A DNA stretch of 64,000 bases from an uncultured Gemmataceae bacterium (GTDB lineage: Bacteria; Planctomycetota; Planctomycetia; Gemmatales; Gemmataceae): NCBI GenBank assembly GCA_963750165.1, contig CAVVPN010000011.1, positions 448,001-512,000 on the forward strand, in the 5' to 3' direction. The notes beneath the pieces are model-generated. The model was not told the origin of the DNA, searched no databases, and was given only the letters and a program-made list of their open reading frames with translations. Below are positions 31,632-42,721 of this stretch, in pieces; positions within the stretch are counted from its first letter, which is position 1, and each line of letters begins with the position of its first letter. Position numbers and translations under genes: made by a program.

Positions 31632-32672
31632 TCAGAACGGGAAGTGCGGCATACGCGGTTCGCGGTGGATATCGGACGGCCGGCACTCCATGGTGTCCAC
31701 GTTCGCCGGGCCGCTGGGATCCTGGACGAGCGACATCAGGCGCTGCCAGAACGACATCTGGCTCTCGCCGCAGCCGCGCCGCGGCTTGCGCGTGGGCTTC
31801 GCCTCGGGCGCCGGTGCCGGCGTTGGCACGGGCGTCGTCACCGGCGGCGTGTAAACCGGCGGCGTGTAGGCGTGCGGATAGGGGCAGCCCGAGTAGGGGC
31901 AGCCGTGGTAGTGATAGCGGTGGTAGTCCGGGTCGCGCATCGGCATCTCTTCCGTCGCCTCCTCGCTGGCGGGCATCGGCTCGCTCTCGGTCATCGGCTG
32001 TTCCGCCGACTCGTCCATCAGCCGGCCGAAGCCGAGCAGACGCAGCAGCCAACCGCAGTCGTCCTCGTCACCGGACGCGCAGGCGTCCTCGCCGTGGCAC
32101 CGCAACAGTTTGAGCAGGTCGCGCACGGTGCCGACGCCGATCATCTCGATGGACCAAATCGCCTCGCTGGACGTGCCGGCCTCGGGCTCCTGCATGGGCA
32201 CGCACAGTTGCAGCGGATACGACTCCTCGGTTCCCGACGCGCTGTTCTCCTCCGTGCCCTCCTCCGTGCCGACCTCCGGCATCACCGGCGACTCGGAGTC
32301 GTCGTACCATTGCTCCCATTCTTTATCGATGGCGTACTCCTCGGGAACGTCGAGCCGGGCGCCGGGCTCGATGTTGATGACTTCCTCGGCCTCGTGAACC
32401 GGTGGGAATTCCTCGGCGTCCGGCACGGGAGGCAATACTTCTTTTTCGTCGCCGGGCTTGGCCAGCTCGCCCACCTGCAGGGCGTCGCAGGGGACGCCCT
32501 GCAGGTTGCGGACGGCTTCGACGGGGTTGCCGGTCAGGCCAAAGGTGGCGGCGGCGGTGGCGCAGCGGCCGAGCACCGACATGGGGTGCTGGCGCGCGTG
32601 GTCGTAGGCCACGTAGACGGCGACGGCGCCGACGACCAGCGCGGCGACGCCACTCCAGAGCAACTTGCGCAT
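31632..32672 (-). CDS. Hypothetical acidic membrane-anchored protein
   Basis: MRKLLW plus TM segment; Glu/Pro-rich; C-terminal VDTMECRPSD. Confidence 0.7.
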   Translation of the reverse strand: MRKLLWSGVAALVVGAVAVYVAYDHARQHPMSVLGRCATAAATFGLTGNPVEAVRNLQGVPCDALQVGELAKPGDEKEVLPPVPDAEEFPPVHEAEEVINIEPGARLDVPEEYAIDKEWEQWYDDSESPVMPEVGTEEGTEENSASGTEESYPLQLCVPMQEPEAGTSSEAIWSIEMIGVGTVRDLLKLLRCHGEDACASGDEDDCGWLLRLLGFGRLMDESAEQPMTESEPMPASEEATEEMPMRDPDYHRYHYHGCPYSGCPYPHAYTPPVYTPPVTTPVPTPAPAPEAKPTRKPRRGCGESQMSFWQRLMSLVQDPSGPANVDTMECRPSDIHREPRMPHFPF

Positions 32673-32826
32673 GAAACTACACCTGTTCCTTGAAGAGAGA
32701 GGGACGACATGAGTCGGCGCGGCGGCCGGGGAGTCCAACCCGACCGCCACCACGCGGGCCGCTCTATAGCGGACAGGGGCGGCGCGGAAAAGAGCAATTG
32801 GCGGCCTGGGTGTGCCGCTGGATTTT

Positions 32827-32894
32827 GGCGAGCGGCGCGGCGTCAGCCCGCCGGTGCTGTGTGTCACCGGCGGGCTGACGCCGCGCCGCTCGCC
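32827..32894. repeat. REP hairpin GAGCGGCGCGGCGTCAGCCCGCCGGTG
   Basis: 30-bp perfect arms; related to 54096-54153. Confidence 0.88.
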
Positions 32895-32976
32895 TGAAAA
32901 TGCCAAAATGTAGCGACACACCCTGGCGGCCCAAACCCCTCTTTCTGCTGCAAGCGGCAGAAAGCGGGTCCTGGCG

Positions 32977-33996
32977 TCAGGCGTAGCGTTTGCGGATGCT
33001 GGGGAAGAGGTATTCGTGAAACGCCCGGTCCAGGTCGTAGCGTGGTGCGAAGCCCCAGTCGCGGCGGGCGGCGCTGTCGTCCACGTCCGCGGGCCAGCTG
33101 TCCACGATGCCCTGCCGCTTGGCATCGACCTGCGTGCTGATGCGGGCGTCGGGGAATTCGCGCAGCACCAGCTGGCGGACCTCCTCCGCGGATGGGTTGA
33201 AGGCGCCGATGTTGTAGACAGTGCGCGTCAACTGTTCGCGCGGCGCCGCCACCAGTTTCAGCAGTGCGTCCACGCTGTCCGGCATGGCCATGAAGGGGAT
33301 GCGCGTGTCGGGCCGCACGAAGCAGGCGTAGGGCTGGCCGCGTGCCGCCGCGTGGATCATCTCCGGCGCGAAGTCCGAGGTGCCGCCCGAGGGCACCGTG
33401 TCCGCGGAGATCAGCCCCGGGAAGCGCAGGCAGCGGAAATCGACCTTGCCCGAGAGCGTCTCGTGAGCCAGCTGCTTGTAGTGCCGGGCGTAGTAGCGGC
33501 CGATCTGTTCGCAGTACAGCTTGTTGCAGCCGTACATCGTCGTCGGCTTGGTGAATTCGTCCTCGCGCACCTTGCCGGCCTGGCGCTTGGCCTCCAGGCT
33601 CGGCAGACCGTAGGCGGCGATGGACGACGGATACAGGAAAACCACCGGCCGGCCGTGCGACTCGCCCTGGCGCTGGGCGAACTCCAGCATGGCCATCGTG
33701 CCCTCGACGTTGACGCGGTGCGCCATCATCGGCGCGAACTCGCTGCGCGTCGAGAGCAGCGCCGCCAGGTGGAAGACCAGATCGATCTCGTACTCCGCCA
33801 GAATACGGTCGAGCAACTGGCCATCGAGGATCGAGCCGGTGTAGTGCTGCCGCACCAGCGGCGCCAGGTCCGCGGCCAACGGGTTGAGGTCGAGGGTGAT
33901 GACCGGCCGGCTGCGGTCCTGGCCGAGGTGGGCGATCAGGCCGTGGCCGATCTCGCCGCTGGCGCCGGTGATGAACACGACGGGTAGACGCAACAT
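32977..33996 (-). CDS. NAD-dependent epimerase/dehydratase (threonine 3-dehydrogenase-like SDR)
   Basis: ITGASGEIG, HLAALLS, YGCNK, GGTSDFA. Confidence 0.85.
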   Translation of the reverse strand: MLRLPVVFITGASGEIGHGLIAHLGQDRSRPVITLDLNPLAADLAPLVRQHYTGSILDGQLLDRILAEYEIDLVFHLAALLSTRSEFAPMMAHRVNVEGTMAMLEFAQRQGESHGRPVVFLYPSSIAAYGLPSLEAKRQAGKVREDEFTKPTTMYGCNKLYCEQIGRYYARHYKQLAHETLSGKVDFRCLRFPGLISADTVPSGGTSDFAPEMIHAAARGQPYACFVRPDTRIPFMAMPDSVDALLKLVAAPREQLTRTVYNIGAFNPSAEEVRQLVLREFPDARISTQVDAKRQGIVDSWPADVDDSAARRDWGFAPRYDLDRAFHEYLFPSIRKRYA

Positions 33997-34152
33997 GGGG
34001 TCCTTTCCAGGGTCGGCGGCCGGCGGCGAAAAACGGTTGCCGGCGGCCGGGCCGCATGGGACAATAATGCGTATGCATGGTGCCGCTGATCGTGTGGCAC
34101 TGCAAGCGCAATTTGAACGAACACCTCTTCCTCTGAGCGGAGGGCTCCGGGC

Positions 34153-36156
34153 ATGCACGGCGTGAAGGCGGTGGCGGCGCTATTGCTGATCGGCCTGCTA
34201 GTGGCGACCGGCACGGCGGATTACGTCATCCTGAAGGTGGACAAGGCGAAGCCCACGGAAGACCCCGCCGACGGCAAGACCGGCCCCGGCGGCAGGGTTG
34301 GCCCCGGCGGTATCCCGGGCGGCGGGCAGGCACAGGGCGACACCGGCAAGCGGTCTCCGGCGCCCGACCAGCCGATGGGCAGCTTCTTTTACGTGGTGGT
34401 TGAGGTGAAAAAGCTGCCGGAGGAGAAAGATAAATACCGCTACTACATTATGGAAGGAGTGAACCTGGTGCGGGCCAGTGGCGAGTTGCGGGTGCCCTCG
34501 CACCAGCTGGTGATCGAGAAATTCACCGCCATGTCGAGCCCGGGCCAGCGTTTCGCCAGCCTGCACAAGAAAATGTTGAAGGACGGCAAAACGCCGGAGC
34601 GGTTGTTGATCCTGATCGACTGGGCGTTGCGGCACGGCCTCGTCCGCGAGCGGCTGCCGGAGAAAAAGACCCAGAAACTCGACGCCTTCCACGCCACGAT
34701 GGAGGAACTCCGCGAGGAAATCGCCAACCTCAACAAGGAGAAGAAAACCGCCCCGGGGCTGGAGCGGGCCAAAACGACCCTGGCCGCCCTCGACAAGGTC
34801 AAGGACGCATTCTTCAAGCACCCCCCGAAGGACGACGACCCGCGCGTGACCCGCAAGGGCCCGAACGGCGAGCCGTCGCTGCTCGACTCCTACCTCAACG
34901 ACGCCAGCGCCAAACTGAAGTTCCGCAGGGTCCAGCGCCCCCACTACACCGTGGTGACCAACGTGTCGAGCAACACCGCCGCGCAGAAGGGCGTGGACGA
35001 GCGGTTGGACATCCTGGAGAAGACGTACCTGAGTTACTTTTACTGGTTCGCGCTCCAGGGCCGGCCGCAGGAAATGCCGAAACACCGCCTGGTCGCCGTG
35101 CTCATCGGCACCACCGCCTCCAGGGCGGATCGGTACGAGGCCAACGTGGAGAACTTCAACGCTGGGCCTCTGGCGGGCGACGGCTTCTTTGCCCGGAACG
35201 ACAACATGATCGTTCTGGCCTCCAGCCCCCAGGATCCGGACTACACGGATTTCGTCACCAACAACCTGGCGGAGTGGAGCAGCAAGGAATTCAAGGTGAA
35301 GTACGAGGACATGCTGGACCCGGCCTTCTGGAAGGGCAAGGAGATGAAGCGGACCGTTCACTTCCAGGAGCGGAAGTGTTTTTACGTCATCGCCTACCAG
35401 TCCCGCGCCCTGGCCCAGAAATATTTGGAAGAAGAGTCGCTATGGGAGGCGACCACGAGCCAGGCCGCCCGCCAGTTGGCGACCGCCACCGGCCTGGTGC
35501 CGCGCGGCGTCACCGCGCCGGAGTGGATTCAATACGGCTGGGGCACCTTCTTCCAGGTGCCCAACCAGGCAATGCCCGGGATCGCCCGGCCCAACTGGGT
35601 GCAGCTGGCCCACTACCGTTTCCTGGAAGAAAACAAGGTTATCAACGAGGCCAACTGCAAGGACGTGCTGCTCAACGTCGTCAGCGACCGCTACTTCCGC
35701 CAGGCGCTGAGGTCCGCCGAGCAGGTGGCCTACCTGCACGCCGAACTCAAGAAGCTGAAAAGCTCCGACTCGGACAGGCAGGCCGAGTTGACCAGGCGGC
35801 TGAAAAAAGTACAGGCGCAGAACACGAAGGATCTGCGCGTGGCCCGCTCGATGTCCTGGGCGCTGACCTACTTCCTGGCCCGGAAGAAGCTGGACGTGCT
35901 CCTGCGTTACCGTGACGAGCTGAACCGGCTGCCGCGCGAGCTGGAGTTCGGCGCGGAGGCGCTGGAGCAGTGCTTCACGCGGGCGATGCAAGGCGGCTCG
36001 GCGGCGAACCTGGCCCGGGAATGGTATCAGTACATGGGCGGCGCCGATGTCGTGGCGGACCTGCCGAACTTCAACAGCCTGCTGCTCGACGACCTGCGCG
36101 CCGAGGGCCGGCCGCCGGCGCCCAAGAAGAAGGACGATACCGACAAGAAATATTGA
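34153..36156 (+). CDS. Secreted DUF1570-like protein
   Basis: Signal peptide; QLATATGL..PEWIQYG, SWALTYFL. Confidence 0.55.
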   Translation: MHGVKAVAALLLIGLLVATGTADYVILKVDKAKPTEDPADGKTGPGGRVGPGGIPGGGQAQGDTGKRSPAPDQPMGSFFYVVVEVKKLPEEKDKYRYYIMEGVNLVRASGELRVPSHQLVIEKFTAMSSPGQRFASLHKKMLKDGKTPERLLILIDWALRHGLVRERLPEKKTQKLDAFHATMEELREEIANLNKEKKTAPGLERAKTTLAALDKVKDAFFKHPPKDDDPRVTRKGPNGEPSLLDSYLNDASAKLKFRRVQRPHYTVVTNVSSNTAAQKGVDERLDILEKTYLSYFYWFALQGRPQEMPKHRLVAVLIGTTASRADRYEANVENFNAGPLAGDGFFARNDNMIVLASSPQDPDYTDFVTNNLAEWSSKEFKVKYEDMLDPAFWKGKEMKRTVHFQERKCFYVIAYQSRALAQKYLEEESLWEATTSQAARQLATATGLVPRGVTAPEWIQYGWGTFFQVPNQAMPGIARPNWVQLAHYRFLEENKVINEANCKDVLLNVVSDRYFRQALRSAEQVAYLHAELKKLKSSDSDRQAELTRRLKKVQAQNTKDLRVARSMSWALTYFLARKKLDVLLRYRDELNRLPRELEFGAEALEQCFTRAMQGGSAANLAREWYQYMGGADVVADLPNFNSLLLDDLRAEGRPPAPKKKDDTDKKY

Positions 36157-36252
36157 GCGACCACGAAGGAGGCGCGGCGGCGGAGGACCAGCGCGGTTCG
36201 CAGTCGCGTGGCCCACAAACGGCAGGCCGGCGCTGCCAGGCGCCGCATCTCC

Positions 36253-36410
36253 ACGTATGAAAAAGTTGGCGTTCTTGGCGTTCTTGGCGTCCTTGCTGTG
36301 ACAACCGCCGCCGCTGGTCGCGCCGTGCCAGCCGCACGGGGCCAGGGCGCCGATTCTCGACGTGTGAAAAAGTTGGCCCCCTTGGCCCCCTTGGCCCCCT
36401 TGCTGTGGCA
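36253..36410 (+). repeat. Two tandem copies of the TGAAAAAG(TTGGCNNNC)3 element
   Basis: 36253-36303 and 36360-36410. Confidence 0.88.
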
Positions 36411-36496
36411 GTACAGGCCCCTGCTGGTCAAGCTGTGCCCGCCGTCCCACCCCGGGCGCGATCCGCGTGCGAACCGCTCTAGCGCCCCGGGCAAGG

Positions 36497-38160
36497 TCAC
36501 GGCGGGTTCTGCCGGTCGTTGGCGCGGCGGATGGCCAGCACCAACCGCACGCCCATCAGCAGCGACACACCGTAGCCGAGTACACCCGGGATCGACATCC
36601 CGAACAACACCGGCGGCGCCGCGGCGCTCCACAGCGCCGCCGAGCCCAGACATAGCGCCGCCGTCAACAGCCCCATGACCAGCCGGTTCACCGTCTCCTC
36701 CAGGCGACGGTGCTCCATACGGACCTCCAGGGTGCCGCTGCGCACGCGCTGCAAAATCTCCGCCAGGTCGCGCGGCAACATCTCCAGCAGCCGGTCCCAG
36801 TCGCGCACCGCCCGTTGCAGTCTGCCGAGCCAGCGCTTCGGCGAGAAGCGGCGCCGCAGCGTCTTCGTCGCGAACGGCTGGATCAGCTCCGCCAGGCTGA
36901 AGTCCGGGTGCAGCGCCGCGCGGTGCCGTCCAGCATCACCAGCGTCTTCAGCAGCAGCGAGCCCGACGGCGGCAGCACGATGCGAAAACGGTGGATGATG
37001 TCGCGCATGCGGTTGAGCGCCTCACTCAGGTTCAGGTCATGCACCGACTGGTTCGTGTACTCCGCCAGGAACGCGCTGACCTCGCTGCGCAGCGCCTCGC
37101 GGTCCAGGTCCTGCGGCGTGGCGCCGAGCCGCATGACGACGCCGGCCAGTTCCTGCGTGTCGTTCATGAGGATGGCCAGCAGGATGTTTTCGATCTCCTC
37201 GCGCAACCGATCATCGATGCGGCCGACCATGCCACAGTCGAGCACGCCGACGACGCCGCCCGGCAGCAGCATCAGGTTGCCCGGGTGCGGGTCCGCGTGG
37301 TAGAAGCCGTGGCGAAAAATCATCTCCAGGTACATGTTGGCACCGCGCCGCGCGAACTCGTTCAGGTTGGCGCCGGTCGCCTGCAGGGCCGGCACGTCCT
37401 CGGCACTGACGCCGCGGAAGCGCTCCATCGTCAGTACGCGCCGGCTGCACAGCGCCGGGTACACGGCCGGGAACCGCACCATGCGGTTGTCGCGGAAATT
37501 GCGGAGGAATTCCTCCAGGTTGCGGCGCTCGGAGGAGAAGTCCAGTTCCTGCATAAGCAGGCGGCGGAACTCGCGCACCAGCGCCACTGGCTGGTACGGC
37601 CGCACTGGCGAAACGTGCTTGTGCGCCAGTTCGGCCAGGCCGCCCATGATGTCGAGGTCTTGCAGAATCTTGGTCTCGATGGCGGCGTGTTGCACCTTGA
37701 CCACCACGGACTGACCGCCGTGCAGCGTCGCGACGTGGACCTGGCCGATGGACGCCGACGCCAGCGGCCGGTCATCGAAGGTGGCGAACAGCTCTTCGAC
37801 GGATTTGCCCAGGTCTGCCTGGATGGTGGCGCGCACGGCGGCCGGCGCGTCGGGCGGCGTCTGCGAGCACAGCCGGGTCAGTTCCTGGGCCAGGGCCGGC
37901 CCGACGAGGTCGGCGCGGGTGCTGAGCATCTGGCCGAGTTTGATGAAGGTCGGCCCCAGATCGGTCAGCGCCAGGCGAATACGGCCCTCGTGCGTTAGCT
38001 TGCCGAGTCGCTCGCCGTCGAAGCTCACGAGGCGGCCCTGCAACCATTCGTACTTCAGGCCGCTGAGCCAGTCCGCCAGGCCATACTTGCCCAGGATAGC
38101 CAGGATTTCCGCCAGCCGGCGGGCGTTGCGTTCCGTGCGCGCGAGGACCGAAAGACGCAT
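36497..38160 (-). CDS. ABC1/UbiB atypical kinase, frameshift near 36915
   Basis: LGPTFIKLGQMLSTR, ASASIGQVH, HADPHPGN; C-terminal TM segments. Confidence 0.9.
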
Positions 38161-38179
38161 GGCGAAGGCCCTGTGCCGG

Positions 38180-38836
38180 CTACCGTTGAGGCCCCGTGCC
38201 GGAGAGCCGTTTGCCGGCCTCCTGCAGCCCGCGGCCGATGGTGTCGAACAGCGCCCCCAGCGCTTGCCGTGAAAGCGTCAGGCCCGCCCCGACCGACTCC
38301 TTGCCGAGCTGCAGCGGATGCTGCTGCGCGGCGCTGACGGCGGCTTCGAGGCCGGGCTGGATGCGCTGGACTGTCGCCGTGGCGTGCTCGCGCAGCGCCC
38401 CGAGCTGGGCCGCCGTCACGGAGCGAAATTTGTTAGCGTACTCCGAAACGGTGTCCACGAACTTCGTGCCGACGGCGCGCAGGTCGGTGTGGAATTTGGT
38501 CAGATCCTCCGCGGCGAAGGTCTTGCGCTGGGCGTTGGCCTCCTCCACAGCCAGGCGGGCGGCCAGGGCCAGCGTGGCCAGGCCGTCACCCAGGCCGTCC
38601 ACGACCTGGCGCAGAACGCTCTCAGGCTGGGGCGGCACGGCCCGGTTCACGGCCGCCGCGGCGCCGTCCAGCACCGAGCGGGCCAGGCCGAGCAGGCCCT
38701 CCGGCTTCAGGCAGCACTTCTCGGCGGCCCGGGACACCAACTGGGAGACCCGGCCGCGCACGTCCTGGCCCTGAGTGACGATGACCTCGGCCTGCTCCTG
38801 GACCTCGGTTGGAGTGATTTCCGGTGGTTCGCTCAT
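38180..38836 (-). CDS. Helical hypothetical protein (phasin-like/DUF6781-like)
   Basis: Ala-rich helical ORF directly upstream of the ubiB-like gene. Confidence 0.6.
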   Translation of the reverse strand: MSEPPEITPTEVQEQAEVIVTQGQDVRGRVSQLVSRAAEKCCLKPEGLLGLARSVLDGAAAAVNRAVPPQPESVLRQVVDGLGDGLATLALAARLAVEEANAQRKTFAAEDLTKFHTDLRAVGTKFVDTVSEYANKFRSVTAAQLGALREHATATVQRIQPGLEAAVSAAQQHPLQLGKESVGAGLTLSRQALGALFDTIGRGLQEAGKRLSGTGPQR

Positions 38837-39348
38837 GTTGGCAACCCTTTCCCGCGCACGCTGGTGCGCGCATGCTCCCCCTGCCTGCCCATATTCTCGC
38901 CGCGGCGCCCGGGCTTGGGAATAGCAAGTTCGACCGTGGCAAACCGTGCAGGGCGGCGCGGTGGGCGAAACGGGGGAATTCAGGCCGGCCAACTTCCGCA
39001 AGCCCGACTCGGCAGGCGGCGGCGACCTGCGCAGGGACTGGGCCTGATAGGCTGGGGAGACCTGGCAAGCGCCGGCAGGTCAGCGATGGGCCTTTCGCAG
39101 AAACGCATTCTTGTATAAACTATGCGTGATTTGTGAAGCGGCCGACGAGCCCAAACGCACGGATGCGGACCCGGCTCAGACGTTCCTCTCCCAGATGCTA
39201 CCCACTCTGAAGCAGTGTCTCGCTTCGCCCCCCGCATCGTGAAAATAGCTATGGTTGCTTGCCCCCGGCGCCGCCGGGCAGGGTTCGTTCGGAACGGCCG
39301 AAGATGGCACTGGTTTGGGAGGCGAGCGTGTTTCGCAATAGCTCCGCC

Positions 39349-40086
39349 ATGTTCAAGCGCATCAAACAAGAGTCGGGGGTAGTGTTGAAGCTGATCTTCC
39401 CACATGGGCCGTGCGCCCGTCCGTTGCCCGTCCCGAGGTGGCGCGTGATGCGGGACTCGACCTGGTATCCCGCCGGCAAGGTGGCCCTGGACTTCGTGGC
39501 CGCGGTCGTCCTGCTGGTGCTGCTGACGCCGGTGATCCTGCTGGCGATGCTGCTCGTCAAGCTGACCTCGCGCGGCCCGGCGATCTACACGCAGACGCGC
39601 ATGGGCCTGAACGGTAAGCCGTTCACGATCTTCAAACTGCGGACGATGGTTTACCGGTGTGAGCGTCTCACGGGCGCTACCTGGTCGCGGCCCGGTGACC
39701 CGCGCGTGACGCCGGTCGGCCGCTTCCTGCGCAAGACGCACCTGGACGAGTTGCCGCAGCTGATTAACGTCATCCTCGGCCAGATGAGTCTGGTCGGGCC
39801 GCGGCCGGAGCGGCCGGAGTTCCTGCCGCAGCTGGAGCAGGAGATCCCGCACTACCGCGAGCGGCTACAGGTGCGGCCGGGCGTCACGGGCCTGGCCCAG
39901 GTGCAGCTGCCGCCGGACACCGACCTTGACAGTGTGCGGCTGAAGCTGGCCTACGACCTGTATTACGTGCAGCAAGCCAGCTTCTGGCTGGACGTGCGCA
40001 TCATCCTGAGCACAGCGCTGAAGATGGCTGGCCTATCGTTCGCGCTGTTGCGGCGGCTGTTCCGCATCCCGGCGCGAGACGATTGA
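39349..40086 (+). CDS. Bacterial sugar transferase (phosphoglycosyl transferase); start uncertain
   Basis: [37 protein letters not shown]. Confidence 0.92.
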   Translation: MFKRIKQESGVVLKLIFPHGPCARPLPVPRWRVMRDSTWYPAGKVALDFVAAVVLLVLLTPVILLAMLLVKLTSRGPAIYTQTRMGLNGKPFTIFKLRTMVYRCERLTGATWSRPGDPRVTPVGRFLRKTHLDELPQLINVILGQMSLVGPRPERPEFLPQLEQEIPHYRERLQVRPGVTGLAQVQLPPDTDLDSVRLKLAYDLYYVQQASFWLDVRIILSTALKMAGLSFALLRRLFRIPARDD

Positions 40087-40173
40087 GTCGGCCTACCGCA
40101 GCCTGAGCCCGGAGCCGTGTCCGGCCCAGGCCCGCCTGCGGACGGCGTGACGGTCGGGGGTAGTGAAGCACCC

Positions 40174-40547
40174 TCAGTCGCCATTCCCGAACCACCGCGG
40201 CAAGGCGGTCGGCAGTTCTTCCACGAACTTGCTGCGCGGCAGCACCAGGTCGCAACCGGCTTCGCGCGCCGCCCGCAGCCCCGCGGCGTCCACGTGCGAA
40301 CCGTAGGCGACGACGAACGGCGGCGCCGGCCCGGCCTGCAACCGGCCCAGCAACGCGGCCACGTCCAGTCCCGGGTTGTCCAGGTCCACGACCACGCACG
40401 TCGGCGGCTCCTGCTCCGCCAGCGCCAGCAGCAGCGCCGAGGACCGCGCCGGCTTGATGAAGAGTCCGTGCGCCGCGCCGTTGCGGTGATGCGGCTGGTG
40501 AAGATCAGGTCGTCGGACAGCAGCAGGCCAGCGGCGTTGCTGGACAC
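40174..40547 (-). CDS. Receiver-like small protein, frameshift near 40475
   Basis: LLSDDLIFTSRI + VVVDL...AYGSHVD...AREAGCD. Confidence 0.65.
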
Positions 40548-40558
40548 GAGATGCTCCT

Positions 40559-40906
40559 TCAAATGGCCTCGGGGCCGCGCTCGCCGGTGCGGATGCGGAT
40601 GCAGTCGTCGAGCGGCAGGATGAAGATTTTGCCGTCGCCAATGCGGCCCTCCGGCCCGGTGCGGCCCGCCTCCATGATGGCGTTGACCGTCGGCTCCACG
40701 AAGTCCTCGTTGACCGCGACCTGCAACTGCACCTTGCGCAACAGATTCACCGTCAGTTCGTGGCCGCGGTAAACTTCCGAGTGGCCCTTCTGCCGGCCGA
40801 AGCCCTGCACGTCCACGATGGTCATGCGGAAGACCTCGACTTTACTGAGGGCCTCCTTGACGGCCTCTAGCTTCGACGGCTGGATGATGGCGAGGATGAG
40901 TTTCAT
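40559..40906 (-). CDS. glnB: Nitrogen regulatory protein P-II
   Basis: AIIQPSKL, GFGRQKG, YRG, IGDGKIF, IRIRTGE. Confidence 0.93.
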   Translation of the reverse strand: MKLILAIIQPSKLEAVKEALSKVEVFRMTIVDVQGFGRQKGHSEVYRGHELTVNLLRKVQLQVAVNEDFVEPTVNAIMEAGRTGPEGRIGDGKIFILPLDDCIRIRTGERGPEAI

Positions 40907-40928
40907 GCCCTATTCCCACAAAGGAAAC

Positions 40929-41510
40929 TCAGTTTAACAAGTCGGCACAGGCCACCGTCACGGTGGGGGCAGCCAGGGGACTGATGCGGTCGGCACTGGA
41001 ATGCACCGTTTTGCTTTGGTAGCCGTGACCATAATCCTGAGCAAGATCGGGGCACGGTTGTCGGTATACTTCTACTTGATTGTCCACCAAATTGATCACC
41101 CAGTAATCGGCGAGGCCGGCAGTCGCATACAAGCTCGCCTTGCGCGTGCGGTCGAAAGTCAGCGTGGTGTCACTCACTTCAACGATTAACAGGGCGGTGG
41201 TGGGATGGTCGGTGTAATCCTCGCGCCTGCCCGGCACGACAGACACGTCGGGTTCCGGGTCCGAGAATCGGCCCAGGTTCAACGGCAACTTCGCCCGCAC
41301 CCAGCACGCCGACCAGGCCCGGCGCAGCACCTCCGCCGCTCGGTCCACCGTGGACGCATGGGGCCAGTTTTGCGGGCTCAACACCATGATGTCGCCCTCG
41401 ATTAATTCGGCCCGCTGGCCCTGGAACATGCCCAACTCGGCCAGGCGGTAAAACTCCGCCCGCGTCCAGCGGCGCATCTGTGGTTCCGCGGTCCTGGTTG
41501 GGGAACTCAC
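40929..41510 (-). CDS. Uma2 family endonuclease
   Basis: ELIEG, PEPDV, LIVEVSD, KASLYA, YWVINL. Confidence 0.9.
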   Translation of the reverse strand: MSSPTRTAEPQMRRWTRAEFYRLAELGMFQGQRAELIEGDIMVLSPQNWPHASTVDRAAEVLRRAWSACWVRAKLPLNLGRFSDPEPDVSVVPGRREDYTDHPTTALLIVEVSDTTLTFDRTRKASLYATAGLADYWVINLVDNQVEVYRQPCPDLAQDYGHGYQSKTVHSSADRISPLAAPTVTVACADLLN

Positions 41511-41640
41511 GCTCTTTCCCTCCCCTCCCGGTAAACAGTCCTGGTTCGTGGCCCCACTTCAGGTGTGACCACGAACCAGGGATCGCTCTTGCCGATTTTA
41601 GCAAAACCATGGAGGAGGGACCGCGGCGCCGCGGGAGTTG

Positions 41641-42135
41641 CTACTTCTTGATCCGGAAGGAGTCGAGCCACCGCCGCACTTCCGGGTTCGACAGACGGCC
41701 CTGGTTGCCGCCGGCAATCAGGACGTACCAGCGGCCCTCATGGAGGCCCATGCGGCCCGCGATGTAGCCCTTGGGGTTCTTGGACTCCATTTCAAATTCC
41801 CAGAAGAGCTTCCCTTCCACGGCGACGTTTTTCCGGCTCAGGACCGTGGCCTTGTGGTGGCCGCACATGCCCTGCAACGCATGCTCCATACTGAAGGGCC
41901 GGCTAGAGGGGATGTTCACAAAAGCGACCATGTACGAGACGTTCGGGAGGTCGGCGCCATAGGCGGTCATGGTCATGTCCAGAATGGGCATGTCCTTGCG
42001 CCCGGGAAAGCCCGGCATGAGGATCGAGAACTTCCCTTCCTCCGACGAGAACTCGCGCCACTCCTTGCTGCACCCCGACAACAGCACCGGCGCCAGCAGC
42101 GCCGCCGCCAGCATCAACCGTCGCACCTTCCACAT
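41641..42135 (-). CDS. Putative lipoprotein
   Basis: LLSGC lipobox; WREFSSEEGKFSILMPG. Confidence 0.75.
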   Translation of the reverse strand: MWKVRRLMLAAALLAPVLLSGCSKEWREFSSEEGKFSILMPGFPGRKDMPILDMTMTAYGADLPNVSYMVAFVNIPSSRPFSMEHALQGMCGHHKATVLSRKNVAVEGKLFWEFEMESKNPKGYIAGRMGLHEGRWYVLIAGGNQGRLSNPEVRRWLDSFRIKK

Positions 42136-42196
42136 GTCCTGGGCACCTCCGGGGAAGCGAGAACCACTACCCGGGGCCTGGCAGCCACGGAGCACG

Positions 42197-42545
42197 TCAG
42201 TCGCAGGCGACCGCCATGCCGCCGTGGTCCAGGTGGCTCACGTCCACCGGGTAATTCGCGAACTGAATCGTGTAGTTCTCGAACCAGTGTTTGATGTCCG
42301 GCATCAACCCCGCGTCGAATGCCGGCGATACGTGCAGCGTCGGGCCGAAGACGTTCTTGCGAACCTCGCCCTGCTCCACGACGACCGCTCCCGCCTTGAG
42401 GACGAAACGCGGCAGTTCAAACATAGCTCACCGATCCGCTGACGGCAGGTAGATCGTGATGTCCGCGTCCGCCCCGACGCCGAGGTGCTCCCTGTGCTTC
42501 AGCATCCGCGCCGGGCCGGCGCGTGATGATCGCAATCTCATTCAG
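42197..42545 (-). pseudogene. fhcA: 3' remnant of formyltransferase/hydrolase (formylmethanofuran dehydrogenase) subunit A
   Basis: LNEIAIITR/AGPARML..HLGVGADADITIY..*AMFELPRFV..IQFANYPV, with an internal stop and frameshift. Confidence 0.75.
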
Positions 42546-42618
42546 TCTTGAGTTCGATCCAGAAGTGGGCCAGCGGGTTCCGAGCGGTCTTCTTCCAAAT
42601 CACTTTGAACAGGTTCAC
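42538..42618 (-). pseudogene. Truncated RelE/ParE-like toxin N-terminus
   Basis: MNLFKVIWKKTARNPLAHFW; GTGA overlap with the upstream small gene. Confidence 0.45.
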
Positions 42619-42721
42619 ATCCCTGCTTCCTGCTGGAGTCGCTGGTACAACGCCCACAGGTCGGCGTCACTCGTCCCCCGGTCGGCCGCTTCCGTAAGGG
42701 TGCGCATGTGAGTCTGAACCA

